A stretch of DNA of 34,979 nucleotides from a virus (lineage: Duplodnaviria > Caudoviricetes): positions 1 through 34,979 of the IMG/VR virus record IMGVR_UViG_3300034107_000557, one strand, 5' to 3'. Below are positions 1-8,340 of the stretch, piece by piece. Below the pieces are notes generated by a model. The model searched no databases, was not told the origin of the DNA, and saw only the letters and a list, made by a program, of their open reading frames with translations. Both the position numbers and the translations under genes were made by a program. Position 1 is the stretch's first letter; the number at the start of each line of letters is the position of its first letter.

Positions 1-320
1 GCGGGACGCCTGGATCAGAGGCAGCGACCGGCGAGACCTTCAACGCCTTCAACAACTTCGGCAAGGTTCTCTCCGGAAAGTGGGTGATGATCGGAGAGAC
101 CGCCGAAGGACAACACTACCTCATCGCCCCCGAGTCCGATCAGGTCGAGTTGGTCTACACGGCGGAGATCGTCTCGACGACAGCCTCGGGTGTCACGACA
201 TCGAAGCTGGTATTCCGCCGGAAAAAGGTATGGGTCCACTCCATCGAGGAAGGGACGCCGGTCGAGATCGGTATGACCGAGTGCGTCACCCCGTACAGCA
301 ACAATCAAGGCGGCTACTGA
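1..320 (+). CDS. 3' part of putative tail-tip protein (allele of 31912-32634)
   Basis: Translation matches the C-terminus of ORF 31912-32634. Confidence 0.85.
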   Translation, partial: GTPGSEAATGETFNAFNNFGKVLSGKWVMIGETAEGQHYLIAPESDQVELVYTAEIVSTTASGVTTSKLVFRRKKVWVHSIEEGTPVEIGMTECVTPYSNNQGGY

Positions 321-321
321 G

Positions 322-756
322 TTGGCAGGGCTCATAACCTATAACGGCCTGCTGCTCCTCAAGGGTGGCGGGCTGGCCGCTAACAAAGCCTGCTGCTGCA
401 CTGGCGTAATCTGCTACTGCTTTCGGCAATACGCAAACTATGGGCAGATAACCGTCTCTCGGTTCGTTCGGTGCTACCGCCAATCGTATTTCAACCCGGT
501 ATTGGGCGTTATTGTTTTCCCCGATGGAGTCCCTGGTGGGTGGGGTGACTCGCCGTGTCAGCCAAACTCCTCCGGCTGGTTCTTTAACGTGGCGAACAAC
601 GCTTTCAGCAATCCCCCATGGGCGGAGGGATCCCAGCCTCCAAGCTTTCCTAACGCGACGGGCTGCGGAGGCGCGAACGGTGAGGGGTGGAACATCACTC
701 CCATCGACAACGCCACCCAGGCCGCCGCATGTACCCCGGTCGGGAGCCCGCCGTAA
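322..756 (+). CDS. Cys-rich putative minor tail protein
   Basis: 144 aa with ACCC..CYC motif; conserved in copy 2 with mainly synonymous changes. Confidence 0.7.
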   Translation: MAGLITYNGLLLLKGGGLAANKACCCTGVICYCFRQYANYGQITVSRFVRCYRQSYFNPVLGVIVFPDGVPGGWGDSPCQPNSSGWFFNVANNAFSNPPWAEGSQPPSFPNATGCGGANGEGWNITPIDNATQAAACTPVGSPP

Positions 757-1262
757 TGCTCGTTTCCCTTGATGCGGTCAAAGCCGTCGCGCACATGCGG
801 CCCGCGGGGTACGTCGAAGCGATCCTCGGCGGTGGTGTTCTCGGCATCGAGCCCGATGTGGGAGAGGTGGTCGACATCCCAGACGCCGCCTATTGGGATC
901 TGGTCCGTACCTACTCCCCGGGTGAGTTCAGTGGACGACTTGCCCTCCATGCCTGCGGCCCCGGCTGCCAGTTGAAACGCTCCCTGGCATGGTTCGTGCG
1001 CGACGACGGCTCCTGTGGATGCACGGAGTTCGCCGCGATCATGGACGCCTGGGGGCCCGACGGCTGCGAAGCCCGAATCGACCAGATCGTCGCCCACCTC
1101 GTCGAACAGGCCGCGAAGAAGTCGGTGTTGCTCGGGGCCGTGCCGTCGGCCGCCATCACTGTCGTCGTCCGACGAGCCATCGAGGCCGCGAGAAAGGAAG
1201 TTGCCCATGCCACGCAAGCAGGCGAAGAAGGCACCTGGACAAACTTGGTCCGGCCTGGATGA
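756..1262 (+). CDS. Hypothetical protein (GPGCQLK, CGC, WGPD motifs)
   Basis: ATG overlaps upstream TAA; frame conserved in copy 2. Confidence 0.75.
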   Translation: MLVSLDAVKAVAHMRPAGYVEAILGGGVLGIEPDVGEVVDIPDAAYWDLVRTYSPGEFSGRLALHACGPGCQLKRSLAWFVRDDGSCGCTEFAAIMDAWGPDGCEARIDQIVAHLVEQAAKKSVLLGAVPSAAITVVVRRAIEAARKEVAHATQAGEEGTWTNLVRPG

Positions 1263-1395
1263 AGGCGACATCACCGGGGCCGAAGAGGCCGACGACGCCC
1301 AGCTGATCGAGTTTGGCCGCCGATCCCAGGATCCGCCCACGGAACAGCCCGAGAAGAAGGAGCGCCGCCGATGCCCTCGAAAGCCCCGTCGCTGA
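1207..1395 (+). CDS. Small charged hypothetical protein
   Basis: SD-like AAGGAAG before ATG; homologue at 33515-33703. Confidence 0.55.
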   Translation: MPRKQAKKAPGQTWSGLDEGDITGAEEADDAQLIEFGRRSQDPPTEQPEKKERRRCPRKPRR

Positions 1396-1634
1396 AGGAC
1401 GAGATCATCCGCGGCATCACCGAGAACAAAAAAGGCCCGCGCGGGTGGTTCGACAAGATCGCACCCGACGTCCAGGCCGAGCTCGTCGAGATCCGGGCCG
1501 ACTTCCGCGAGGGCAGGACTGAGGGATCGAAGACGGCAGTATCGGACTCCATCCACCGGGTACTCAAAGCCCGCGGTCTGATCACCGTTACCCGCGCGGA
1601 GGTGTTCAGATGGTTCAACAAGCGCGAGGACTGA
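1371..1634 (+). CDS. Hypothetical protein, possibly DNA-binding
   Basis: AAGGAG SD; nearly identical protein in copy 2. Confidence 0.7.
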   Translation: MPSKAPSLKDEIIRGITENKKGPRGWFDKIAPDVQAELVEIRADFREGRTEGSKTAVSDSIHRVLKARGLITVTRAEVFRWFNKRED

Positions 1635-2815
1635 AACACGCGGTTGCCGAGTCCGTTGCCGCCGCCGCCACGAAGCCCGCCCCCGACGCGGAGCAGGTGT
1701 CGGAGCGCCGCGAGGGGGCCGACCTCGAGTACCGCTCGACCTCCCGGACGATCCGCACCGTCGAGGATCTGTTGGCCCACATCGAGGCCGACATGGCCCG
1801 TTTCGAGGTGGCCGCCTCGGAGGCGACGAAGTGGGAGGTGGCGTCTATCGACCGCGACACCGGGAAGCCCGTCGTCACGGTCCTCCACCGCGTCTTCGTC
1901 CGGCTCCGCCCCCGCGGTGGGCCAGCCGTCGCGGAGCTCGTCGCCGCGATGATCGCCGGGGCCGCGAAGGCCGGGGGCATCGGACGCCCCAAGGCGAAGG
2001 CCCGGAAGGCCAAGCCCGGCCCCTGGCAAGTCCTCGTGGTTGCCGACACCCACTTCGCCAAGTACGCCTGGGGCCGGACCACCGGGGGCGATGACTACGA
2101 CCTCGACCACGCCGATCGGCTGGTCCGTTCTGCTGGCCTCGGGCTCCTGGAAGCCGGGGACGCTCACCGCCCTGGTCGTCGCACGATTGCATTCCTCGGG
2201 GATCTGTTTCACTACGACACGCCGTCAGCGACCACGACCCGCGGGACACAGCTGGAGCGAGACGGCCGACTCGAGCGGATGATCGAGACGGGCTCCTCCG
2301 CCCTCGTCGCCCTGGTCGAGCGATCCGCGGAGACCGCCCCGACCGACTGCGTCATCGTCCCCGGCAACCACGACGAGACGATGACGGCGTGGTTCCGACT
2401 CCTGCTCCGCACCCACTTCGCGCGGGATCGCCGGGTGACGGTCCACAACGTCTACACCCATCGGCAGTACCTCGAGCACGACGGCAACTTGTTGGGCTTC
2501 GCTCACGGAGACAAGGCCCGGGCGAAGCTCCCGGCGCTGATGACATTGGAGGCCCGGGAGGCATGGGCCCGATGCCGATACCGGGAGATCCATACCGGGC
2601 ATTTGCACAAACAGGCCGCCCGGATCCGCCGCGTGGTCGACTCCGATGGGATCGACACGGTCGACGGGGTCGTCGTGAGGACGGCCCCCGCGCTGTGTCC
2701 TCCCGACGACTGGCACAGCCAGGAGGGGTGGATCGGCAGCCGGCAGGCGATGGAGTCCTGGTTCTATCGGCCCGGTGGCGGGCTGGCCGGGATGCTGGTG
2801 GCAGACGGGGGTTGA
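1610..2815 (+). CDS. Calcineurin-like metallophosphoesterase
   Basis: Motifs ADTH, GDLFH, GNHD, HGD and GHLH in canonical order. Confidence 0.88.
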   Translation: MVQQARGLKHAVAESVAAAATKPAPDAEQVSERREGADLEYRSTSRTIRTVEDLLAHIEADMARFEVAASEATKWEVASIDRDTGKPVVTVLHRVFVRLRPRGGPAVAELVAAMIAGAAKAGGIGRPKAKARKAKPGPWQVLVVADTHFAKYAWGRTTGGDDYDLDHADRLVRSAGLGLLEAGDAHRPGRRTIAFLGDLFHYDTPSATTTRGTQLERDGRLERMIETGSSALVALVERSAETAPTDCVIVPGNHDETMTAWFRLLLRTHFARDRRVTVHNVYTHRQYLEHDGNLLGFAHGDKARAKLPALMTLEAREAWARCRYREIHTGHLHKQAARIRRVVDSDGIDTVDGVVVRTAPALCPPDDWHSQEGWIGSRQAMESWFYRPGGGLAGMLVADGG

Positions 2816-2845
2816 TCCGAGGCCGGCGCGCGGGAGGGTGAGGAC

Positions 2846-3376
2846 ATGCGACACATCATCGGATTCACAGGCCCCGCCGGGGCCGGCAAAGACCTCGCCG
2901 CCTCGATGATCCCTGGGGGCCACCGGATCGCATTTGCCGACCCGCTCTACCAGGGCTTGGCCGCCATGCTCGGCATCCCCGAGGGAGTCCTCCGGGATCG
3001 CTCCGGGAAGGAGCGGACCCTCGCTGGCTTCGGGGCATCCCCCCGGCAACTCCTCCAGACCCTCGGGACGGAGTGGGGCCGGCAGATGATCTGTCCCGAC
3101 ATCTGGCTCCGTGTCGCCTTCTGGCGATGGGAGCAGGCCGCCGCGGCCGGGCTTGGGGTGATCGTCGTCCCCGATGTCCGATTCGCCAACGAGGCCCGGC
3201 AGATCCGCTCCGAGGGCGGAGAGGTCTGGATGATCCACCGGCCCGGGGTTGAGCCCGTTGCCGCTCACGAGTCCGAGGCGGGGCTCCCCCTGCGGATGAT
3301 CGACCGCTTGATCGTCAACGACGGCACGGTGGACCAGCTGCGAGAGCGCGTCGAGGCGACGTTCACGGGACGCTGA
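2846..3376 (+). CDS. Deoxynucleoside monophosphate kinase-like P-loop protein
   Basis: GPAGAGKD P-loop, FADPL, RQLLQTLGTEWGR, DVRF.NE and HESE motifs typical of phage dNMP kinases. Confidence 0.85.
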   Translation: MRHIIGFTGPAGAGKDLAASMIPGGHRIAFADPLYQGLAAMLGIPEGVLRDRSGKERTLAGFGASPRQLLQTLGTEWGRQMICPDIWLRVAFWRWEQAAAAGLGVIVVPDVRFANEARQIRSEGGEVWMIHRPGVEPVAAHESEAGLPLRMIDRLIVNDGTVDQLRERVEATFTGR

Positions 3377-3587
3377 TCTCGAGATCCTTCGGCGGCGGGA
3401 TTGTCTGGACGAACGAAAGCACCCAGGACCCGCCGACGCACATCAACTCGCGGCGGTAGGTGTGCTCGACGGTCGACCCGTCTGCGGCCAACTCCTCGAA
3501 GCTCACGAAGTCTGTGGAGCAGGGATGGAGCCGTCCGTCCATCGGACCGCCGACCACCGGCAGAACCATCTCGCCTTTCGATTCCAT
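3363..3587 (-). CDS. Hypothetical protein (GGPMDG motif)
   Basis: SD GAGGA upstream; downstream of integrase on the same strand. Confidence 0.55.
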   Translation of the reverse strand: MESKGEMVLPVVGGPMDGRLHPCSTDFVSFEELAADGSTVEHTYRRELMCVGGSWVLSFVQTIPPPKDLEISVP

Positions 3588-3619
3588 CTATCGTTCCTCG
3601 TTTCGTGTCGTGCGAAAGT

Positions 3620-3697
3620 TCACCCAGCCAGCCACCGCAGCAGCAAGGCCACCGGGATCGTGAGCGGCAGCCATGCGATGATCTGACGGGCCGTCAT
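3620..3697 (-). CDS. 25-aa hydrophobic peptide
   Basis: MTARQIIAWLPLTIPVALLLRWLAG; ATGA overlap with upstream gene. Confidence 0.45.
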   Translation of the reverse strand: MTARQIIAWLPLTIPVALLLRWLAG

Positions 3698-3927
3698 GGC
3701 TTCGCCTTCCGTAACGTGGCCCTGCGGAGTGATTCCTCGAGGACGAACCGCGGAGAGCAGCTGACGAGGTCTACCGTCGCTTCTCCATCCGATTCGTTTT
3801 CCACACCCACGACCATCGCCAACACTCCAAGAAACCTCACGAAGTGGTATGGCATCATCGCCGCCCGCGGGAAGAGTTCCTCGCTGACTGCCCCGACGAT
3901 CTTTCCCTTGTGCCTGATCGAAATCAC
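3694..3927 (-). CDS. Hypothetical protein
   Basis: GTGA overlap with integrase stop; GAGGAG SD. Confidence 0.55.
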   Translation of the reverse strand: MISIRHKGKIVGAVSEELFPRAAMMPYHFVRFLGVLAMVVGVENESDGEATVDLVSCSPRFVLEESLRRATLRKAKP

Positions 3928-4829
3928 GACTGCTCCTCAATGAAGTGGGCATCGTCCCCGAGGTCGAGCCTAGGCAAGAAGTCTATCCCGGCGGCCTTCC
4001 CCACGATCCGATCGTCGAGGTAGTGGTCCCTCGTGATGTTCGCATCACTGTGGTCGAGGTGGCCCACGGCATCCCCGCCCGCTGCGGCAACGTAGCTGGC
4101 CGAGGCTTTCCGGAGAGCATGAAATCGCCGCTGCGGGACGCCGGCCTGATCGCACAGGATCCGCATCGAGTGATAGATCGACGTCGGCCGGTGGGGCCAC
4201 GGCCAGACCAGATCGCCGGGGCCGCGCCGGTGGAGCTCGAGCTCGGCCGCGAGGTCAGGGGTGATCTTCCGGGCTATGTCGCGAGTGTGGCCCTTCCTGG
4301 TGCCGGCCAGGAAGACGATTTCCTCCCCGCGGACATCCTTCCACCGGAGCGCCATCAGTTCACCGATCCGGGCCCCCGTACACCAAGCCGAGTAGATCAA
4401 CGTCGACCACCACCAGCCCGCCGGCAGGCCCGCCAGGGTCCGCTGGCGCTTCCTCGCGGCCACGATCATCCGCCCCACCTCGGCGGCGGTGAAGCCGCGC
4501 GGGAGCCTCTGAGCCTTCCTGATCGGCTTCACGATCGGAAACTCGTTGATGAGCCGTTTCCGGAATGCGTAGAGCGCGAGGCAGAGGAGTTGCGTCCTGT
4601 CCTTCGCGATCGTCCCCGGGGAGGGAAGGCCGCGGGTCGTGGAGTGGACCGTCTTTGCCCTCCACGCCAGAAACGCCGCGATCATGTCCTCCTCGAGGTC
4701 AGTGACCTCGGGCTCCCGTTTGAGGAAGTCCCGGAACCTGTCCAAGGTCGAGCCGTAGATCGCGACGGTTCGATCAGAGAGCCCCTTTACCGGGGCGTAT
4801 CGGTCGATCAGCAGTTGACGCAGAAGCAT
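3924..4829 (-). CDS. int: Tyrosine recombinase / integrase
   Basis: TGARIGE (R), HALR (HxxR), LDH and terminal HY catalytic motifs; N-terminal SAM-like region. Confidence 0.92.
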   Translation of the reverse strand: MLLRQLLIDRYAPVKGLSDRTVAIYGSTLDRFRDFLKREPEVTDLEEDMIAAFLAWRAKTVHSTTRGLPSPGTIAKDRTQLLCLALYAFRKRLINEFPIVKPIRKAQRLPRGFTAAEVGRMIVAARKRQRTLAGLPAGWWWSTLIYSAWCTGARIGELMALRWKDVRGEEIVFLAGTRKGHTRDIARKITPDLAAELELHRRGPGDLVWPWPHRPTSIYHSMRILCDQAGVPQRRFHALRKASASYVAAAGGDAVGHLDHSDANITRDHYLDDRIVGKAAGIDFLPRLDLGDDAHFIEEQS

Positions 4830-5029
4830 GGCATCCCCTCAAGTGAATGGCATCCATGCCGTGTTTCATCAGGGTAGCCCTAGTGAACATAGGTACAACC
4901 CCGCCAGTACGAACGGGGCCCTCTCCGTTCGGACTTGGTCAGACGCTCAACCCTACGCAAGGGAGAGCGTCGGTGAATTGTCGGTTTCCCCGTGTTGCCC
5001 ACGGCGGAAGCGCTGGCAATGCTGGGGAT

Positions 5030-5260
5030 ATGAAACGCATGGGACTCCCAGGGCCGGAAGGCATCGACTGGCTTTGCACCGCTGACGCGGCCAAGTTGCT
5101 CAATATGAGCACCTCGGGCGTGCGCAAGTTGGTTGCCGCCGACAAGATCTATGCGGCCAAGTTCGGCCGCGAACTAGCGTTGCGAGACAAGGACGTTCGC
5201 AGATACGCCGCCAAGCCGCGCACAGTTGGCGGGCTTCGGCAAGGTTTCAAAAAGAACTGA
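5030..5260 (+). CDS. Excisionase-like / MerR-type HTH DNA-binding protein
   Basis: TADAAKLLNMSTSGVRKLV...I.A.KFGR signature; divergent from integrase. Confidence 0.75.
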   Translation: MKRMGLPGPEGIDWLCTADAAKLLNMSTSGVRKLVAADKIYAAKFGRELALRDKDVRRYAAKPRTVGGLRQGFKKN

Positions 5261-5290
5261 TTCAGGCCATTTCTCGGCCGTTTCTGCGAT

Positions 5291-5310
5291 TCTTCCCGCA
5301 CGCGGGAAGA
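5291..5310. promoter_or_regulatory. Palindromic operator O1
   Basis: TCTTCCCGC-AC-GCGGGAAGA, perfect 9-bp arms. Confidence 0.7.
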
Positions 5311-5315
5311 TCCTC

Positions 5316-5345
5316 TTGACAGGCTTGATGGGCGTTTCATATCTT
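5316..5345 (+). promoter_or_regulatory. Sigma70-type early promoter
   Basis: TTGACA-N18-TATCTT in an intergenic region, between two operators. Confidence 0.65.
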
Positions 5346-5354
5346 TCGCCCTCA

Positions 5355-5374
5355 TCTTCCCGCATGCGGGAGGA
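5355..5374. promoter_or_regulatory. Palindromic operator O2
   Basis: TCTTCCCGCATGCGGGAGGA, 18/20 identical to O1. Confidence 0.7.
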
Positions 5375-5464
5375 TTGATCGGGCTCGGCAGCCCATTCAC
5401 GGCAAGTGTCCAAGCCGATTCCCCCGAGTTTTCCAGGGTGGACAGTTGGGCTGTCTGGGGTGGG

Positions 5465-5492
5465 TTGATCCCGCCCCCGGCTGGTCTATCTT
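5465..5492 (+). promoter_or_regulatory. Second putative promoter
   Basis: TTGATC-N16-TATCTT upstream of ORF 5536. Confidence 0.45.
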
Positions 5493-5535
5493 CCCTGAAC
5501 TAACTGAACGGAAGAACACCAACGGGGGCGAGGGG

Positions 5536-5988
5536 ATGTCGGACACGGGGACGAGGGCAACGGCAAGGAAGAGGGCAAAGCAGGCGGCAGCGGGGAAGAA
5601 GCCAGGGCGATTCGGGGGCGCGGCTCTGCCGTTCGACCGGAGCCTGGCTCACCTCTGCTGGCAGATCGGGCTGAGCAACGAGCGGACGGCTTGGGTGATG
5701 GGGCGATCGGTCGGGGAGGTTCGACACGAGTGGTCAGTCCTCACCGGACTCCCCCTCGACGACGACCCGACCGAGGCCGACGTCGAGCGGATCACGGCAG
5801 AGATTCGGGCTGGCTGGTCACCGGAAGTCTTTCTGGCGGCGGCCCGGGGCATCAGGCATCAGAGCGATCGGATTCACCGAGGGGAAACGCAATGCAAAGC
5901 AACGACGAACAGCCAGGGGATCGGGAAGCGGCCGGGGCCATCGCGGGAATGCTCGAGGTCTACGGGGCTCCTCCCGTCGAGCCGGTGA
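5536..5988 (+). CDS. HTH-like protein with DPT..EIR..WS motif
   Basis: GAGGGG SD; GLSNERTAWVMGRSVGEV resembles an HTH. Confidence 0.6.
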   Translation: MSDTGTRATARKRAKQAAAGKKPGRFGGAALPFDRSLAHLCWQIGLSNERTAWVMGRSVGEVRHEWSVLTGLPLDDDPTEADVERITAEIRAGWSPEVFLAAARGIRHQSDRIHRGETQCKATTNSQGIGKRPGPSRECSRSTGLLPSSR

Positions 5989-6041
5989 CTGAGGGTATCC
6001 CGATGGACCTCCTGGTCCTCGACCCCAGCGAGTTGGAGTGA
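5892..6041 (+). CDS. Small acidic hypothetical protein
   Basis: GAGGGGG SD before ATG; overlaps the previous ORF. Confidence 0.4.
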   Translation: MQSNDEQPGDREAAGAIAGMLEVYGAPPVEPVTEGIPMDLLVLDPSELE

Positions 6042-6145
6042 AGGACGGGCCGGGGCTGGAGGCCTCGGCAGGGAGCCCGCGGAGCGGGAGTCACAGGAGC
6101 GGCCCGTCGGTGGTGGAACCGCCGGCGGGATCACGGAGGGCAGGC
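6041..6145 (+). ncRNA. GGA-loop multi-hairpin RNA element (CsrA/RsmA-site-like)
   Basis: 9 GGA in ~100 nt, several in hairpin loops, enclosed by stem 6044-6052/6100-6108. Confidence 0.45.
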
Positions 6146-6307
6146 ATGGCCACGATCACGATCTCGAGGAAGCTCCGGAAGGCTTTGAAAGAGATCCGGG
6201 CAGCGTGGTCAGAGGATCAAGCGGATGCAGCGCGGCGGGGGATCAAGAGACCGAGCAGTTCGGTCGTCCCGCCACGCAAGGGGCGAGAGAAAAAAGGGGG
6301 AGTGTGA
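6146..6307 (+). CDS. Small basic protein with EIRAAWS motif
   Basis: GGAGG SD; shares motif with ORF 5536. Confidence 0.55.
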   Translation: MATITISRKLRKALKEIRAAWSEDQADAARRGIKRPSSSVVPPRKGREKKGGV

Positions 6308-7206
6308 TGGCAGGATTTCGCAAGGCAACGAAGGCACAAGCAAGGCTCCGGGCGGCCGTGCTGGGCCCGTCCGGTGGAGGGAAGACGTTCTCCGTCCTTC
6401 GGATAGCCCGCGGCTTGGCGGGCCCGACGGGGACGATCGCATTCATCGACACCGAGCGTGGATCGGCATCGAAGTACAGCGACCGTTTCGACTTCGACGT
6501 TCAGGATCTCACCGACTATTCGATCGATGGCTACATCGAGGCCATCAAGTCGGCCCACGGCTACGACGTTTTGATCATCGACAGCCTGAGCCACGGCTGG
6601 CAATCGCTCCTCGAAGAGGTCGAGAAGTTGGCCAAGGCCAAGTACCGCGGCAACACATGGTCGGCGTGGTCCGAGGGGACGCCGCGACAGAAGAAGTTGG
6701 TCAACGCGATCCTGGACTTCCCGGGCCATGTCCTGGCCACGATCCGCAGCAAGACCGAATGGACCACGGTGGAAGACGGCCGCGGGAAGAAGGTTCCCCA
6801 GCGGATCGGCATGGCCCCGGAGCAGGGCAAGGGCATCGAGTACGAGTTCGACTTGCTCTTGGAGATCTCCACCGAGCACATCGCCAACGTGATCAAGGAC
6901 CGCACCGGGCGATTCCAAGACAAGTTGATCGACAAGCCCGATGAGGAGTTCGGCAGTCAGCTTGCCCTCTGGCTGGCCGACGGCGAGCCGGCGGCGGTTT
7001 CCCCCCCGCCGCCGGCCGCCCCCCCTCTCGATCCGAGGATCGTCGAGATCGGAGAGTTCCCGGACTCGGTGAAGGCCGCCTGCCGGTCGGTGATGCGGGC
7101 CGCGATCGACTCGGGGATCAGCCGCAGTGATGCCATCGACCAGGCCGTCGCCCACGGGCGGGAGCTCCTGGCCGTCGAAGACGCGGTCGAGGCGGGGGCC
7201 GAGTGA
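6307..7206 (+). CDS. AAA-family ATPase (Sak4/AAA_24-like phage recombination protein)
   Basis: Walker A GPSGGGKT, IDTE, Walker B IIDSLSH, YEFD; upstream of SSB. Confidence 0.85.
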   Translation: MAGFRKATKAQARLRAAVLGPSGGGKTFSVLRIARGLAGPTGTIAFIDTERGSASKYSDRFDFDVQDLTDYSIDGYIEAIKSAHGYDVLIIDSLSHGWQSLLEEVEKLAKAKYRGNTWSAWSEGTPRQKKLVNAILDFPGHVLATIRSKTEWTTVEDGRGKKVPQRIGMAPEQGKGIEYEFDLLLEISTEHIANVIKDRTGRFQDKLIDKPDEEFGSQLALWLADGEPAAVSPPPPAAPPLDPRIVEIGEFPDSVKAACRSVMRAAIDSGISRSDAIDQAVAHGRELLAVEDAVEAGAE

Positions 7207-7571
7207 TGGACGCCCCTCCGAGGACATGGCGGGAAGTTTGGGACCGCGAAGCGGAGGATCCGGTCCCCGACCCGCTCGTCGAGATGGCCAAGCGCATGAG
7301 GCGGCGGATCGATTCGGCCAAGGACGCAGCCGATGACGCCGCGGCCTATGCCGACAAGCCGATCCCCTCGCTGAACACGCTCCAGGCGGTGGCCTACGCG
7401 GAGGAGATCGCACAACGGGCGAGGCAAGTAGTCGAGGAATGGCGGCTGTCGCGGAACCCGCGCCGCTGCCAGCTGCTGGCCAGGGCGGTGATCCAACTGA
7501 AGCAAGTGATCGAACACGCGGCGGGGGATTCGGAGCCGGTTGAACCGGCCGCCACCGTCGTCGAGGGATGA
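7203..7571 (+). CDS. Hypothetical protein
   Basis: Coupled to ATPase stop; helical 122-aa ORF. Confidence 0.6.
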   Translation: MMDAPPRTWREVWDREAEDPVPDPLVEMAKRMRRRIDSAKDAADDAAAYADKPIPSLNTLQAVAYAEEIAQRARQVVEEWRLSRNPRRCQLLARAVIQLKQVIEHAAGDSEPVEPAATVVEG

Positions 7572-7583
7572 GGAGGGATCGAG

Positions 7584-8099
7584 ATGGAGTTCACCAGTTA
7601 CACGCCGGGACAGGCCATCGAGGGCACCGAGCCCCTCGAGGACGGGCGGCACGAGTGCGTCATCGTGAGCGCGGAGGACAAGTTCGACAACGACGGGACT
7701 GCGAACCTGCGGGTGGTCTTCCAGCCCATCAAGGGCGCGGAGGTCTACGCCTGGCCGGTGCTGAAGATCAGCGACACGGCCCGGGGGATTCGGTTCGGCG
7801 CGGCCCTGGCCGACGCTCTCCAGATCGACCGCTCCAACGGGCTCGACCTGGATCCCCGCGAGCTCCGCGGGAAGCGGGTGTTGGTGTCGACCCGTCGCTG
7901 GGTGGACGACCAGAGCCGCACCAATGTCGGCGTCGACTCGATCCGCGGGACATGGACCGTCCGCGGTGGTGCCGTCGCTGCTGCACCGGCCCCGGCCCCC
8001 GAGCCGGCCCCGGTGAAGGCGAAGCCCCGGACGCCTGCGGCAGCCGTTGCCGCTGCCCGAGGCGACGAGGCCGGTGGTTCCGACGACGTTCCCTTCTGA
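7584..8099 (+). CDS. Single-stranded DNA-binding protein (DUF669-like)
   Basis: OB-like N-terminal domain, Pro/Ala linker, acidic C-terminal DDVPF. Confidence 0.75.
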   Translation: MEFTSYTPGQAIEGTEPLEDGRHECVIVSAEDKFDNDGTANLRVVFQPIKGAEVYAWPVLKISDTARGIRFGAALADALQIDRSNGLDLDPRELRGKRVLVSTRRWVDDQSRTNVGVDSIRGTWTVRGGAVAAAPAPAPEPAPVKAKPRTPAAAVAAARGDEAGGSDDVPF

Positions 8100-8109
8100 G
8101 GTTCATTCC

Positions 8110-8340
8110 ATGCTCAAGCACCGATCCCCCAGCCGCTCCTATCAAGCCGTCCACGACTCCGAAGGTCGTCGGCAGCAAATCGCCCAGTTCGAGGCTTCGC
8201 TCTCGGCACTGCGGCGGGAGCTCAATCTCTGGTGGGACCGCACCGGCGGCGGCATGGAGTGTTCCCAGTCGCCGCAGCTGCTGGCGATCCGGTCGAGGGT
8301 CCGGGAATCGGCGGAGCTCGAGCGAGGGATTCATCGATAG
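8110..8340 (+). CDS. Hypothetical protein
   Basis: GAGG SD before ATG 8110. Confidence 0.5.
   Translation: MLKHRSPSRSYQAVHDSEGRRQQIAQFEASLSALRRELNLWWDRTGGGMECSQSPQLLAIRSRVRESAELERGIHR

Larger units (their letters stand above)
1..2671 (+). repeat. Diverged direct repeat, copy 1 (copy 2 at 32315-34979)
   Basis: Same ORFs at offset 32314, shifting to 32308 after ~1.2 kb; nt 1-127 identical, then many mostly synonymous substitutions. Confidence 0.97.

Noticed and set aside
1-2671. Diverged repeat as a DGR template/variable pair
   Set aside because: No reverse transcriptase; differences are not adenine-specific and span several genes
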